DNA of 64,000 nucleotides from Sulfolobales archaeon. Lineage in GTDB: Archaea > Thermoproteota > Thermoprotei_A > Sulfolobales > AG1. The DNA lies in the NCBI GenBank assembly GCA_038867615.1, contig JAWBYA010000003.1, forward strand, positions 205,034 through 269,033, given 5' to 3'. Shown piece by piece: positions 50,152 through 60,098 of the stretch. Both the position numbers and the translations under genes were made by a program. A model generated the notes under the pieces. The model had not been told where the DNA came from, did not search any database, and saw only the letters and a list, made by a program, of their open reading frames with translations. The number at the start of each line of letters is the position of its first letter. Within the stretch, counting starts at the first letter, position 1.

Positions 50152-51126
50152 TCACTTCACTATACTGATCTTGTTGCCTTTAACAAGTCTATCAAGCGAG
50201 GCCATTACATCCTCTCTCGAGCACCCATAGTTTCTGGTAAAATCCTCTATATCTAAGAAACCTCCTCGAGATATTATGTAGTCTAGGAGAGCCTTATCGA
50301 GATCTTCGGGAGATCTTATGTATTTATTGCTATGGGCAATAGATCCTTTATGCTCGGCAACTCTTACATCCTTGCTAACCTTTGCATCGCTTTGGCCTTT
50401 GTAATGATTGGTCATAACGGCATAGACGTCTGGTGGTAGCGATACTGTATCCTCGTTGATATCTATTGTCACCAGCTTTGCAAGCTCGGGGAGCATTTGG
50501 GGGAGTGTTTCATCAACGCTTCTATCAGCATCGGTTATTATTTTCTTAAGCAGTTCAGAGGCTTCTCTAGAATCCGGTTTTACCGTGTGCTCTAGCATAG
50601 GCTCTGGGGTTGATGTAGCTCCCGTTATCGCGTTTATCTCTCCCATGACTCTCTCTAGAGATACCGCTACGTTTGGTACTATAGGTGCTATTTGAGGTTT
50701 CAGGAGATCTAGGAGCTTCTGGAACTCTATGAGTGATGGTCTTATCTTATCAAGCTCGCTTAGAGTGCCGACCCTTAGTTTTAGCTGCTCTATGAATGTT
50801 AGGGCTATCCTCAGCCTCCTATAGATCTTTTTTATCTCAACCATCTCGTTGGCATATATAGTAGCTCTGGCCATGTTCTTCTCAGTGACAGCTTTGAGGG
50901 CTTGTGTGTATAGCTCGTTATATCTCCTCTGCATCTTCCTAGCGACTTCCTCTATAGCATTGTAGCTGAGATCCAGCTCAACTAAGATCTGCTCAAGGGC
51001 TCTCTTAAGCGTGTTATCTCTTCTAGACATAGCCCTAGCTATTCCGGAGAATAGCCTGGTTATCGTATCATAGCCCCACCATCTCTTCTCAACATCCCCG
51101 CCCGCTATTGGGTTCACATATAACAC
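50152..51126 (-). CDS. cdvB: Cell division protein CdvB (ESCRT-III/Snf7 domain with C-terminal winged helix)
   Basis: RATIYANEMVEIKK core, LPE MIM-like segment and C-terminal YI..RGGFLDI..F; lies between cdvA and cdvC. Confidence 0.9.
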   Translation of the reverse strand: MLYVNPIAGGDVEKRWWGYDTITRLFSGIARAMSRRDNTLKRALEQILVELDLSYNAIEEVARKMQRRYNELYTQALKAVTEKNMARATIYANEMVEIKKIYRRLRIALTFIEQLKLRVGTLSELDKIRPSLIEFQKLLDLLKPQIAPIVPNVAVSLERVMGEINAITGATSTPEPMLEHTVKPDSREASELLKKIITDADRSVDETLPQMLPELAKLVTIDINEDTVSLPPDVYAVMTNHYKGQSDAKVSKDVRVAEHKGSIAHSNKYIRSPEDLDKALLDYIISRGGFLDIEDFTRNYGCSREDVMASLDRLVKGNKISIVK

Positions 51127-51147
51127 CCCGTCTGGGGTTAGGCAGCG

Positions 51148-51855
51148 TTATGAAGATACTATCCTAACCTCTATCGGTTTAGACTGGGGCTGCTGTGGAG
51201 TCTCTATCTTGGGCTGTGTGGTTTGAACATCTATTGGGATCTTTTGTGGAACTATAGCCTCGTTCTCAAGCTTCTCTAGGAGCTCTAGGTGTTTCTCTAT
51301 ATCGCTTTTCTCATCAATAGCCCTAGCTTTAGAGCTTCTCAGCCCCTCTATGCTTGTTTTGAACCTCTGTTCACCGATCTCGCCCGAGGTGTAGCCTAGC
51401 TTGAGGTGGTTTATAGCCTTATCTATATGTAGGATCTCGTCCTCAAGCTCTCCAAGCCTTTTTCTGAGAGTGTTTCTAACGCTCTTGGCTTTCTCTTTAA
51501 GTCTGGATAGAGTTGCCTCGAGACTCTTTTTCATCTCCTCATATGCCTGAGATCCTATCTCTTTCGATGAGAATAGTTCCTCAAGAGCCCTGGCTCTCTT
51601 TCTAGTCCTATCTAGTTGCTGCTCAACCCTTATAGCCTCTACCCTCCACTCAGGGAGCACTATCAGGGTTTCTGGAGAGACGTTAACTCTTTCTGATGGT
51701 ATGTATGATAAATATCCATCTTCCCTCATAACCTCTATTCCAGTAACACTTCCATCTACATCCGAATAGATCGATGATAAGACGCCTAAGATTCTACCAT
51801 AAGGATCTCTGACCTTGGATCCAAGATGTTTCTCGATCTCATCGATTGATACCAT
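51148..51855 (-). CDS. cdvA: Cell division protein CdvA
   Basis: PRC-barrel KVRDPYGRILG..SDVDG, LPEW, coiled coil and C-terminal IEVRIV motif. Confidence 0.93.
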   Translation of the reverse strand: MVSIDEIEKHLGSKVRDPYGRILGVLSSIYSDVDGSVTGIEVMREDGYLSYIPSERVNVSPETLIVLPEWRVEAIRVEQQLDRTRKRARALEELFSSKEIGSQAYEEMKKSLEATLSRLKEKAKSVRNTLRKRLGELEDEILHIDKAINHLKLGYTSGEIGEQRFKTSIEGLRSSKARAIDEKSDIEKHLELLEKLENEAIVPQKIPIDVQTTQPKIETPQQPQSKPIEVRIVSS

Positions 51856-52039
51856 GTACCCTAACCTCGTAGGAAATGCTTATACTACGATAGGTATATA
51901 AGCACTATGGTAGAACACCCATAAGTGCCAGGTGACATGGGGAGAAGACTAGCTGGTGTTCAGTGATACCTATGTAATATCTTATATTATCAGAAAATGG
52001 GAGATGGTGTCCTACCACTATCTTTTGGTACTAACTATC

Positions 52040-53062
52040 TCAGCCAGCTCGGCTCAAGATCTCCTCGGCTAGATCTGTGATCGATACGTTCTTGTATCCA
52101 AGCATATTGAAAGCCCTCTCAAGGTTTGTAAAACAAATAGGACACATTACTATTACCCTATCACTCCCAGTAGATGCTAACTCCTTAGCTCTTTTTGTGG
52201 CGATTCTTAAGGCTAGCTTTGGAGATATTCCTTCTATAGGTCCCCCGCAACAGAGCGTCTTGATCCCGCTGTTCTTGGGCTCTATGTAGCGTATATTTTT
52301 AGCAGAATTTCTAGTAGCAACATATAGTCCTAGCTTTCTAACAATATAGCATGAATCATGGATAACAGGCAGCTTAACCATAGCACTGCTAGCGCTTGTA
52401 GTGGAGGCCTTGTTGCTTGTTATATCGTCTTTCACTCCGATCAGTTCTAGGTAGTGTTTCACCTCTATTTCGAAGCCTTCTACATAGCGTGGATAGATCT
52501 CTCTTAGCACATATGTTGTATGGGGATCCACCGTTATGACTCTCTTAACACCTTCTTTAACAAGCTGTTTATATACACTAGCTGCGTGTTGTGCGAAGAG
52601 ATCTTCGAGACCCAGCTCGTAGAGATATACCCCAGAGTAGAGGTCTTTCTCATATAGATATCCGAAATCAACACCGCTGGCCTTCAGAAGCTTAGTAATA
52701 GATCTCAGGGTTCTAGAAGAGTAATCCAGGATCTTTTTATCTGGTTTGACGACTTTGGATACGAACCATGAGAAGAGCTTAGGGGATATGCTTGTAAAGA
52801 GTCTCGTGATCCTTATTCCCAAGTCTCCAAACCTCTCATACATATCTACAAGAGAGTCCGCATATGCCATTAGCTGGTATAGACACCCAGTATATAGGAC
52901 TGTTTCTCCACCCCTTCTAAGCCCCAGATCCTTAGCCCATTCATAGCAAGCACTGCTGGGAGCGGCTAGGGGGTTGCCATAGATCCTCGATATAGTCTCC
53001 ACAATAGCTAGCTGTGTGGGGACTATATCTGTGCCATGGTTACGGCTCTTCATGCTAGGCAC
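52040..53062 (-). CDS. CCG-domain Fe-S protein (HdrD/GlpC-like)
   Basis: YTGC, VDPH, HDSC, CCGGP and CPIC motifs. Confidence 0.85.
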   Translation of the reverse strand: MPSMKSRNHGTDIVPTQLAIVETISRIYGNPLAAPSSACYEWAKDLGLRRGGETVLYTGCLYQLMAYADSLVDMYERFGDLGIRITRLFTSISPKLFSWFVSKVVKPDKKILDYSSRTLRSITKLLKASGVDFGYLYEKDLYSGVYLYELGLEDLFAQHAASVYKQLVKEGVKRVITVDPHTTYVLREIYPRYVEGFEIEVKHYLELIGVKDDITSNKASTTSASSAMVKLPVIHDSCYIVRKLGLYVATRNSAKNIRYIEPKNSGIKTLCCGGPIEGISPKLALRIATKRAKELASTGSDRVIVMCPICFTNLERAFNMLGYKNVSITDLAEEILSRAG

Positions 53063-54911
53063 CTGCTTCTCTCAGCATTTCTGACAGATCCTTCACCTTT
53101 ATATCCTTATCGAGCCCTAGGTTTCTTAACGCATCCTCTAGCATCGCTATGCAGAAGGGACACTCAGCCACTATTGTGTTAACCCCGAGCGATGCTAGCT
53201 CCTCAACCCTTTCCACAGAGATCCTTTTCTTCTCCGGGACATCGTACCAGTAGTTAGATCCTCCGGCTCCGCAGCAGAACGTTCTATAACCGCTCCTCCG
53301 CGCCTCTTTATAGGTCTCGCTAGAGATCCTCACGATTCTTCTCGGCTCCTCCTCGATCCTGTTTATCCTTGCTATGTAGCATGAGTCATGTATAGTAGCC
53401 GCCCCACTGATCTTCGATCTGGGCTTTATCCTCCCCTCCTCAACAAGCTTTGAGAGAAGCTGTGAGTGGTGGAGGATCTCGACATCGAATGTGGGATCTA
53501 GCTCTTTATATTCGTTCTTAAATGTGTTGAAGCCGTGGGGGCATATGGTTACGATCCTTTTGACACCAAGCCTCTTAAAAAGATCTATGTTTCTTAGCGC
53601 TATATCCTGGAACCTGCTCTCCTCGCCAAGTCTTCTCAAGGGGTCTCCGCAGCACATCTCAAGATCGCCTAGTACAGCGACCCTGATCCCCGCTTCTTTC
53701 AGAACCTCTATGAAGGCCTGTATAGCTTTTCTAGCCCTATCATCGAAGCTACCCATACAGCCTACCCATAGGAGGTAGTCATACTCGCCCGCCTCTTCAG
53801 CTAGCTGGACGCCTAGTTTTCTGATCCAGTCGTGTCTTCCATAGTTAGGGGCTCCCATGCTATTACCGTTCTGAGCTATGCTAGATATGAGGGAGATCTT
53901 TTTCTGATCCATTTTCGAATTGAACACGAGCCATCTCCTCACATCAACGATCAGGGGTACGTGGTCAACGCCCATAGGGCATATCTCAACACAGGCGCCA
54001 CATGTAGTGCAGGCCCAGAACGTATCATCCTGGAGAAGATCTACAACCTGTTTCCCAGGATCCATCCTGACACCTTGCCTTGTTACCAGTACAACCTTTC
54101 TGGGGGATAGGGGTCTTCCCACAGCATACGCTGGGCACACGCTATCGCATAGGCCGCAATTGGCGCATGAGTCGAGATTCACTAGCCTCTCAGTCTCTAT
54201 GTCTGTGAGGAAACCCACACCAACTTTGATCTTATCGATCGTCTCTTCACTCAGCTCACTGAGTTTAAAGGGTGTGGGGAGCTTTCCAGGGTTCCTCTGC
54301 TTATTTATAAAGACATTCAGGGCTGAGGCTACGTTATACCAGAACCTCGTGCGGGGTGTTAAGAGAATTATTATTGGTGATATGGCTAGTGCTAGGGCTA
54401 TTGCTTCCCTGTAGTATAGGCTTGACAAGGCTACTCCTCCCAGTATTGGGATTACTGCTAGGTAGGCCAGGTCTCGCACTCCAAGTTCTATGAGCCAGCT
54501 CCTCTTACCCTCTCTGGGTCTCATATTTACAAGGATAACAACCCCGGATACCAGTGCTACGGCTCCGATTACCGCTATGAGTGTGTGAAGAGGTCTGAGG
54601 ATAGGGCCTACTTCCAGGAGTAGCAGGATTGCGTATAGTAGTGAGAGCACCATTATTAGCATGTATGAGTATAGGGCCACGCCTCTAAATACTCCCTCTA
54701 TAGCTGGTTCGCCGCCCCATCTGAAGAACCTACCCTGAAGTACTACTTCCATAAGGAATCTATTCCACGTATTGCTATCAGCCATGCTTATATAGGAAAA
54801 GATCTTCCTGAGACCGCCGTATTCTTTAAGCCTATGTGTTATGCCTAGTATAGAGGCGATCAAAAGGATCAGGTAAATAGAGATCGAAGCGATCCACACG
54901 GCGTTATTCAT
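53055..54911 (-). CDS. Membrane-anchored Fe-S oxidoreductase (HdrD/FadF-like; 2x[4Fe-4S] plus CCG domains)
   Basis: N-terminal TM helices; CANCGLCDSVCP, CTTCGACVEICP, CCGD and CCGAGG motifs. Confidence 0.9.
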   Translation of the reverse strand: MNNAVWIASISIYLILLIASILGITHRLKEYGGLRKIFSYISMADSNTWNRFLMEVVLQGRFFRWGGEPAIEGVFRGVALYSYMLIMVLSLLYAILLLLEVGPILRPLHTLIAVIGAVALVSGVVILVNMRPREGKRSWLIELGVRDLAYLAVIPILGGVALSSLYYREAIALALAISPIIILLTPRTRFWYNVASALNVFINKQRNPGKLPTPFKLSELSEETIDKIKVGVGFLTDIETERLVNLDSCANCGLCDSVCPAYAVGRPLSPRKVVLVTRQGVRMDPGKQVVDLLQDDTFWACTTCGACVEICPMGVDHVPLIVDVRRWLVFNSKMDQKKISLISSIAQNGNSMGAPNYGRHDWIRKLGVQLAEEAGEYDYLLWVGCMGSFDDRARKAIQAFIEVLKEAGIRVAVLGDLEMCCGDPLRRLGEESRFQDIALRNIDLFKRLGVKRIVTICPHGFNTFKNEYKELDPTFDVEILHHSQLLSKLVEEGRIKPRSKISGAATIHDSCYIARINRIEEEPRRIVRISSETYKEARRSGYRTFCCGAGGSNYWYDVPEKKRISVERVEELASLGVNTIVAECPFCIAMLEDALRNLGLDKDIKVKDLSEMLREAGA

Positions 54912-54957
54912 TATTATTCCCCTTATTAGTATGTTAGGAGGCTAGATAACTGAGAAG

Positions 54958-55317
54958 ATGCTTAGCAGTCTTAGAGAGCTTGTGTGGAGATCCACGTGGG
55001 ATAGCGAGTGTTTCAATGCACTGAGAGAAATGTGTATCAGGTCATGTGGGGAAGACTATCCACATCCCCCACTCTTTAAGGATCTACCAGATAGCCTGCC
55101 ACATAGATTCTCAGCAATACTCTCCATGGTTTCCGAGGCGATGATCTGTGGACTTAGGGAGGGTACTAAGGAGCTTGGGGATTATCTAGAGAAGCTTAGG
55201 GAGGAGTTTCTCAAACTATACTCAGATCTATTGCTTGAGGAGAGGGAGTATGGGTTGAGATTGAGACCCCACAGGATCGAGGATCTATTGAGGATCTTGG
55301 CAGAGAAGCAGGGATAG
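54958..55317 (+). CDS. Hypothetical protein
   Basis: 119-aa ORF with ATG start, divergent from the Fe-S pair; no motif recognised. Confidence 0.6.
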   Translation: MLSSLRELVWRSTWDSECFNALREMCIRSCGEDYPHPPLFKDLPDSLPHRFSAILSMVSEAMICGLREGTKELGDYLEKLREEFLKLYSDLLLEEREYGLRLRPHRIEDLLRILAEKQG

Positions 55318-55359
55318 GCTTATAATAGGCCTTGTTATATAGAGCTATTGGGTAGTAAA

Positions 55360-55869
55360 ATGCCGCTTAGACCGGCTAGATGCTATACACAGCAAAAGAA
55401 GCCGGCATATACTAGGAAGGAGTATATTCAGGGAGTACCCCCGCCAAAAATAACTAAATATACTATGGGTAACCCTAAGGGTGAGTATAAATATGCTGTG
55501 AAGCTTATAGCAACAACTAGGTGTGTGATAAGGCACAACGCATTAGAGGCTGCACGAATAGCAGCCCATAGATATCTATCGGCAGCAGTTGGTGAGGATA
55601 ACTTCTTCTTAGTGGTTAAGAAATACCCGCACCACGTGCTCAGGGAGAATAAGATGCTCGCCTTTGCTGGAGCTGACAGGCTCCAAGACGGTATGAGACT
55701 AGCTTTTGGAAAACCAATCGGTACTGCGGCTATTGCGATGCCTGGCGATGACGTTATGGTTGTCTATGTTAGTAATGAGAAGCATATAGAAGCTGCTAAG
55801 GAAGCCCTGATTAGGGCTGAGACAAAGCTCCCCGAGGCATATAGAGTAGAGGTAGTTAAGCTAAATTGA
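55360..55869 (+). CDS. rpl10e: 50S ribosomal protein L10e (uL16)
   Basis: [24 protein letters not shown] and [16 protein letters not shown] motifs. Confidence 0.97.
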   Translation: MPLRPARCYTQQKKPAYTRKEYIQGVPPPKITKYTMGNPKGEYKYAVKLIATTRCVIRHNALEAARIAAHRYLSAAVGEDNFFLVVKKYPHHVLRENKMLAFAGADRLQDGMRLAFGKPIGTAAIAMPGDDVMVVYVSNEKHIEAAKEALIRAETKLPEAYRVEVVKLN

Positions 55870-55880
55870 TCGAGATCTTT

Positions 55881-55935
55881 CTGTGATGAAGCCGACATAG
55901 GTTGATTGATGATATAGGGTCGATTATCTGATCAG
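55881..55935 (+). ncRNA. Box C/D methylation guide sRNA
   Basis: Box C GTGATGA, guide AGCCGACATAGG, D' TTGA, C' TGATGA, guide TATAGGGTCGATTAT, D CTGA; short CTG/CAG terminal stem; just downstream of rpl10e. Confidence 0.8.
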
Positions 55936-56183
55936 TCATAAGTTATTCAACAACTCGTTCGTCACCCCAACTCTTCTATAGATCGACACTGCGGATCCTA
56001 GATCGTAGCTGGTGCAACGATGTGAGACTCCTATCTACAAAGGGATCATCATACTAGTGGTTTAGCGTTCGCTCCCAGCCTACCCAAAGCTAATAAGACC
56101 AACGCATTACTAATCAAATATATGAGTATTAATAAGAAAACAACCCGGCGTGATACCCGATCTCAATAGCTGCGGCTTTAGTG

Positions 56184-56900
56184 TTACTTCTGATCCTTTT
56201 CAGCATATATGAGAAGTCTTCTGAGAAGAAGTATTAGGTATGAGAGCTCCATTTTTGTGGGATTTGATCTATACACTATTCTCTCAAGACTCTTTATAGC
56301 AGAGATCTTCTGTCTCTCATCATTCATCGTTAGCTCGGAAGCCATTTCTATATACTTCATGGCTATTCTGAAATCCTCCTGCGAGGGGCGTTCAACTATA
56401 TCGATAGAGGTCCTGCTGGAGAACTTCCTAAAGATCTCGTAAAGTACTATAGCCACAGCATGAGATAGGTTCAGCGTTGGATATACATGGCTTGCACCTA
56501 TGTGGAGATATATGTTGCACTTCTCAAGCTCGCTTCTAGTTAGCCCTGTGCTTTCTCTGCCAAACACTATTGAGACGAGCCCTTTACCTTCTATCATATC
56601 CACAAAATCCTTTAGCTCTACAGGCTGTCTAAGCGGGTCGCTCTTCTCTGTAACTATTGAGGATGTGCATGCAGCTATATCAGAGCCTTCTAAGGCTTTT
56701 TCAAGATCATCGACTATGATGGCCTTTTCAAGATATTCCCTCCCCCCAGCTGCGAAGTTAATAGCATCACTGTTTATCTCAGCCTTTGGTTTGACTAGAT
56801 ATAGCTCGTCTACCTCGAAGTTTTTACAGAGACGAGCCACCATCCCGAGGTTTATTGATCCCTCAGTACCTACTAGTATAACTCTTATACGGGGTTTGAT
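56184..56900 (-). CDS. trmJ: TrmJ/SPOUT tRNA 2'-O-methyltransferase; probable non-canonical start (ATC 56900)
   Basis: FGRESTGL and YPTLNLSHAV motifs. Conserved motif I (IRVILVGTEGSINLGMVAR) begins upstream of the first ATG at 56843 and is bounded by an in-frame TGA. Confidence 0.88.
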   Translation of the reverse strand: MKPRIRVILVGTEGSINLGMVARLCKNFEVDELYLVKPKAEINSDAINFAAGGREYLEKAIIVDDLEKALEGSDIAACTSSIVTEKSDPLRQPVELKDFVDMIEGKGLVSIVFGRESTGLTRSELEKCNIYLHIGASHVYPTLNLSHAVAIVLYEIFRKFSSRTSIDIVERPSQEDFRIAMKYIEMASELTMNDERQKISAIKSLERIVYRSNPTKMELSYLILLLRRLLIYAEKDQK

Positions 56901-56902
56901 CT

Positions 56903-58252
56903 CTACTCAGCCTCTATATCGGCTCTTTTAACCCCTCTTAGGAGTGGAAGTCTTCTCCTCTTAGCCTCTCTAAGGATCCTCTGCAGGTTCTCATAATAGC
57001 TTAGAAGCTCTTTCACCTCCTCAACGCTTGTTCCCGAGCCTATGGCTATTCTCCTTATCCTGCTCTTATCAAGGATCTTCGGGTTCTGGAGTTCCTCGTA
57101 GGTCATGGAGTCCATTATATTTATCCATTTCCTCATTTTCTTCTCACTGATCTTAGCCTCCTCATCACCTATCACCAACCCCGATAATCCCGGGATCATC
57201 TGAAGGATCTTTGCTAAGGGACCCATTTTTAAAATACTCTTCAGCTGGACATACACGTCGATGAGAGTCATCCTGCCAGTAGCTATAGCGTTGCTCAGCC
57301 TCTTCTCAAGCTCCTTGCTCTCCTCAAGAGCCCTGAACTTCTCTATAATACCCTCTATATCTCCAAGCCCTAGTAGCCTACTTGTGAATCTCCTTGGATT
57401 GAATACCTCGATCTCGTCGATCTTCTCCCCAGTCCCTATAAACTTGATCATAGCACCTGTAGCTGCTACAGCCGATAAGGCTCCCCCTCCCCTAGCACTC
57501 CCATCAAGCTTTGTTATAACTATAGATCCTATTGGTACTGTTTCGTGGAACCTCTTGGCGAGATCATATGCTCTCTGACCTATAGTAGCGTCGAGCACTA
57601 GTATAACCTCGTCGGGTTTTATCACCTCGGCTATGCTTTTCATCTCGTCGAGCAAGGCCTGCTCAGATCCGTAGCCATGCCTCCCAGCCGTATCGACTAT
57701 GATTATATTGCACCCCTTCTTAATCATAGCCTCAACACCTCTCATCGCAATACCGACAGGATCCTGGGATCCTGGCTCACCATATACCGGTACGCCGATC
57801 ATTTCTCCAAGCTGTGCTAGCTGGTCATAGGCGCCCGGCCTATAAGTATCGGCAGCAACCATGCATGGCCTATACCCCTGCTTCTTATACAGATAAGAGA
57901 TCTTTGCACACGTGGTTGTCTTACCAGACCCCTGAACCCCGACCATAAGCACCACGTAGGGCTGTTTTGGTGGTATAATACTTGGCGATCTATCGCCTCC
58001 GAAGAGCTCGGCTAGGTTGTCGTAGACTATTTTTATGAACCAATCCCTCCTCGAGAAGCCTGGAGGGGGTTCCGAGGATCTAGCATGCTCCCTGATCTTA
58101 TTGCTAAGCTCGTAGACAAGCTTTACATTAACATCAGCCTGGATCAGTGTTTTCTGTAATTCCTTTATAAATGACTCAACAGCCTGCTCGTAAGGGTCTG
58201 AGCCTTTGACGAACCTAACAACAGCTTCCTTGATCCTTTCGAGACCCTTCAA
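56903..58252 (-). CDS. srp54: Signal recognition particle protein SRP54
   Basis: GVQGSGKTT, DTAGRH, TKLDG and M-domain SRIRRIAIGSG motifs. Confidence 0.97.
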   Translation of the reverse strand: MKGLERIKEAVVRFVKGSDPYEQAVESFIKELQKTLIQADVNVKLVYELSNKIREHARSSEPPPGFSRRDWFIKIVYDNLAELFGGDRSPSIIPPKQPYVVLMVGVQGSGKTTTCAKISYLYKKQGYRPCMVAADTYRPGAYDQLAQLGEMIGVPVYGEPGSQDPVGIAMRGVEAMIKKGCNIIIVDTAGRHGYGSEQALLDEMKSIAEVIKPDEVILVLDATIGQRAYDLAKRFHETVPIGSIVITKLDGSARGGGALSAVAATGAMIKFIGTGEKIDEIEVFNPRRFTSRLLGLGDIEGIIEKFRALEESKELEKRLSNAIATGRMTLIDVYVQLKSILKMGPLAKILQMIPGLSGLVIGDEEAKISEKKMRKWINIMDSMTYEELQNPKILDKSRIRRIAIGSGTSVEEVKELLSYYENLQRILREAKRRRLPLLRGVKRADIEAE

Positions 58253-58256
58253 ACAA

Positions 58257-58655
58257 CTATCCTCTCACGTTAACAACTATCCTCCTACCCATGATTACCC
58301 AGTACTCAACCTCTTTTCCAGGAGCTATTCTTTTGATAAGATCCTCGTTCTTAGGAGGCTCGGCCTCGAATGTCTCGAAGCTCTCCATATCCATTATCTG
58401 TATATTCTTCTCACTAACAGCTAGAACCTGCCCAACCCTCTTATCTATTATAGGCACCTCTACCCTTGTATCGACAGGTGCTACGAGGGTTTTCTTAACA
58501 CCACTTATTATAGATATGGCTACCACATGGGCCTTGGCAGAGCCGTGCTTCCCAGTCTTGGCCTTAGAGATCTCCACAACTCTGCATGGTTCTCCATCTA
58601 TTATTAGATAGCTACCAACCCTTAGATCTCCAAGCTCTGCGTACGTGACGCTCAA
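58257..58655 (-). CDS. eif5a: Translation factor aIF5A (eIF5A)
   Basis: Hypusine loop KTGKHGSAK. Confidence 0.97.
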   Translation of the reverse strand: MSVTYAELGDLRVGSYLIIDGEPCRVVEISKAKTGKHGSAKAHVVAISIISGVKKTLVAPVDTRVEVPIIDKRVGQVLAVSEKNIQIMDMESFETFEAEPPKNEDLIKRIAPGKEVEYWVIMGRRIVVNVRG

Positions 58656-58792
58656 TCCGAATCCCCAGATATGTGATCTCCTCAGACTTATATTAATAGC
58701 GTTTTCACACCCAATGGCTCTTTAACCCTATGTCTATAGGATCCACAAAGATCTTATATTCGGTGTAGCTAAGAATACCCCGGTGGGGTATT

Positions 58793-59176
58793 GTGGAGAA
58801 AAAAGCTGTTGAGAGTAAGGAGGCTCCTAAACCAGCAGGTCCCTATAGCCCCGGTATCATTGCGTCTGGAAGGATCTTATTCATATCGGGTCAGATCCCG
58901 ATAGATCCTTCGACGGGAGAGCTTGTTAGAGAGCCCTTTGCAAAAGCTGTGGAGATTGTGTTGAGAAACATTGGGGCTATTGTTAGAAGTGCTGGTGGTG
59001 ATCTAGAGAACATAGTCAAGGTTACAGCATATCTAACCGATATGTCAAAATTCCAGGAGTTCAACGAGGTTTACCAGAGATTCTTTAAACCACCATACCC
59101 AGCAAGAACCACTATCCAGGTTGCAGGGCTGCCTAGGAACTCCCCTATAGAGATCGAAGCCATAGCGATCCTCTAG
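58793..59176 (+). CDS. RidA/YjgF family enamine/imine deaminase
   Basis: GPYS, SGQIP, PYPART and IEIEAIA motifs. Confidence 0.93.
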   Translation: MEKKAVESKEAPKPAGPYSPGIIASGRILFISGQIPIDPSTGELVREPFAKAVEIVLRNIGAIVRSAGGDLENIVKVTAYLTDMSKFQEFNEVYQRFFKPPYPARTTIQVAGLPRNSPIEIEAIAIL

Positions 59177-59668
59177 GTGGATGTATTGGGGATCCTCTGG
59201 GCTCCGTGGAGGATGAGCTATATAAAAAGCGCTGATAGAATGCACGGGTGCTTTCTCTGCGAATCTATTGGGAAGAGGGATGAGGACACATATATAGTCT
59301 ATAGATCTGAGAAGGTTTTTGTTATCCTCAACTCATATCCATATAACACTGGGCATATAATGATAGCTCCCTATAGACATATAGCTGAGCTAGAGTCGCT
59401 TGACGATAAGGAAACAATAGATCTCATGAATACTATGAGGAAAAGTCTAAGAGTATTGAAAGATGTATATTCACCCCAGGGCTTCAACATAGGGATCAAC
59501 ATAGGTAGGGTAGCAGGGGCAGGGCTTGAGAGTCATTTACACGTGCACATAGTACCAAGATGGGGCGGTGACACAAACTTCATGCCAATAATAGGAGGAG
59601 ATAAGGTGCTCCCAGAAGACCTAACAACAACATGGAGAAAAATTAGCAATGCATTTAAGAAGAGCTAG
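59177..59668 (+). CDS. HIT family hydrolase (Ap4A phosphorylase/FHIT-like)
   Basis: LWAPWR, CFLC, YPYNTGH and HLHVHIVPRW motifs. Confidence 0.93.
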   Translation: MDVLGILWAPWRMSYIKSADRMHGCFLCESIGKRDEDTYIVYRSEKVFVILNSYPYNTGHIMIAPYRHIAELESLDDKETIDLMNTMRKSLRVLKDVYSPQGFNIGINIGRVAGAGLESHLHVHIVPRWGGDTNFMPIIGGDKVLPEDLTTTWRKISNAFKKS

Positions 59669-60098
59669 AGGTTTTGATCTAACTCCTCTACAGAGAGATT
59701 CCGCTTCGATTTATAGAGATCTATAAGAAGTTTTAGCTTTAGCACGCTCTTATACCATTGATTCTCAATCTTAATATTCATACCAATATAGCGAATTGAT
59801 TGTCGGTGTGTTACTGCCGAATTAAGCCTTGGATGTTTATGTTATGATCATTGTTATAATTCTGTTTTGTTAAAATCGAAAATGCTATGTTACTTGTATA
59901 TTTTCGCTTGGCTTTGCTAAGAGCAGCACGTACTTAAATTAATGAATAGATAAATGTCACCAAATAAGGACGTGATATTGATTTATATTTATATATTGTG
60001 TTGATTTTAGCAACACATATTTGATCATGTGCTTGTAGTGCATCATATGTCTTTTACTTATATTCTACGGAGCATTTATATATGTGGAGGTTCGAATT

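Noticed and set aside
56040-56165. Minus-strand hydrophobic peptide frame (DRVSRRVVFLLILIYLISNALVLLALG..)
   Set aside because: An in-frame stop lies immediately upstream and there is no RBS. It is too short to support and may be a remnant.
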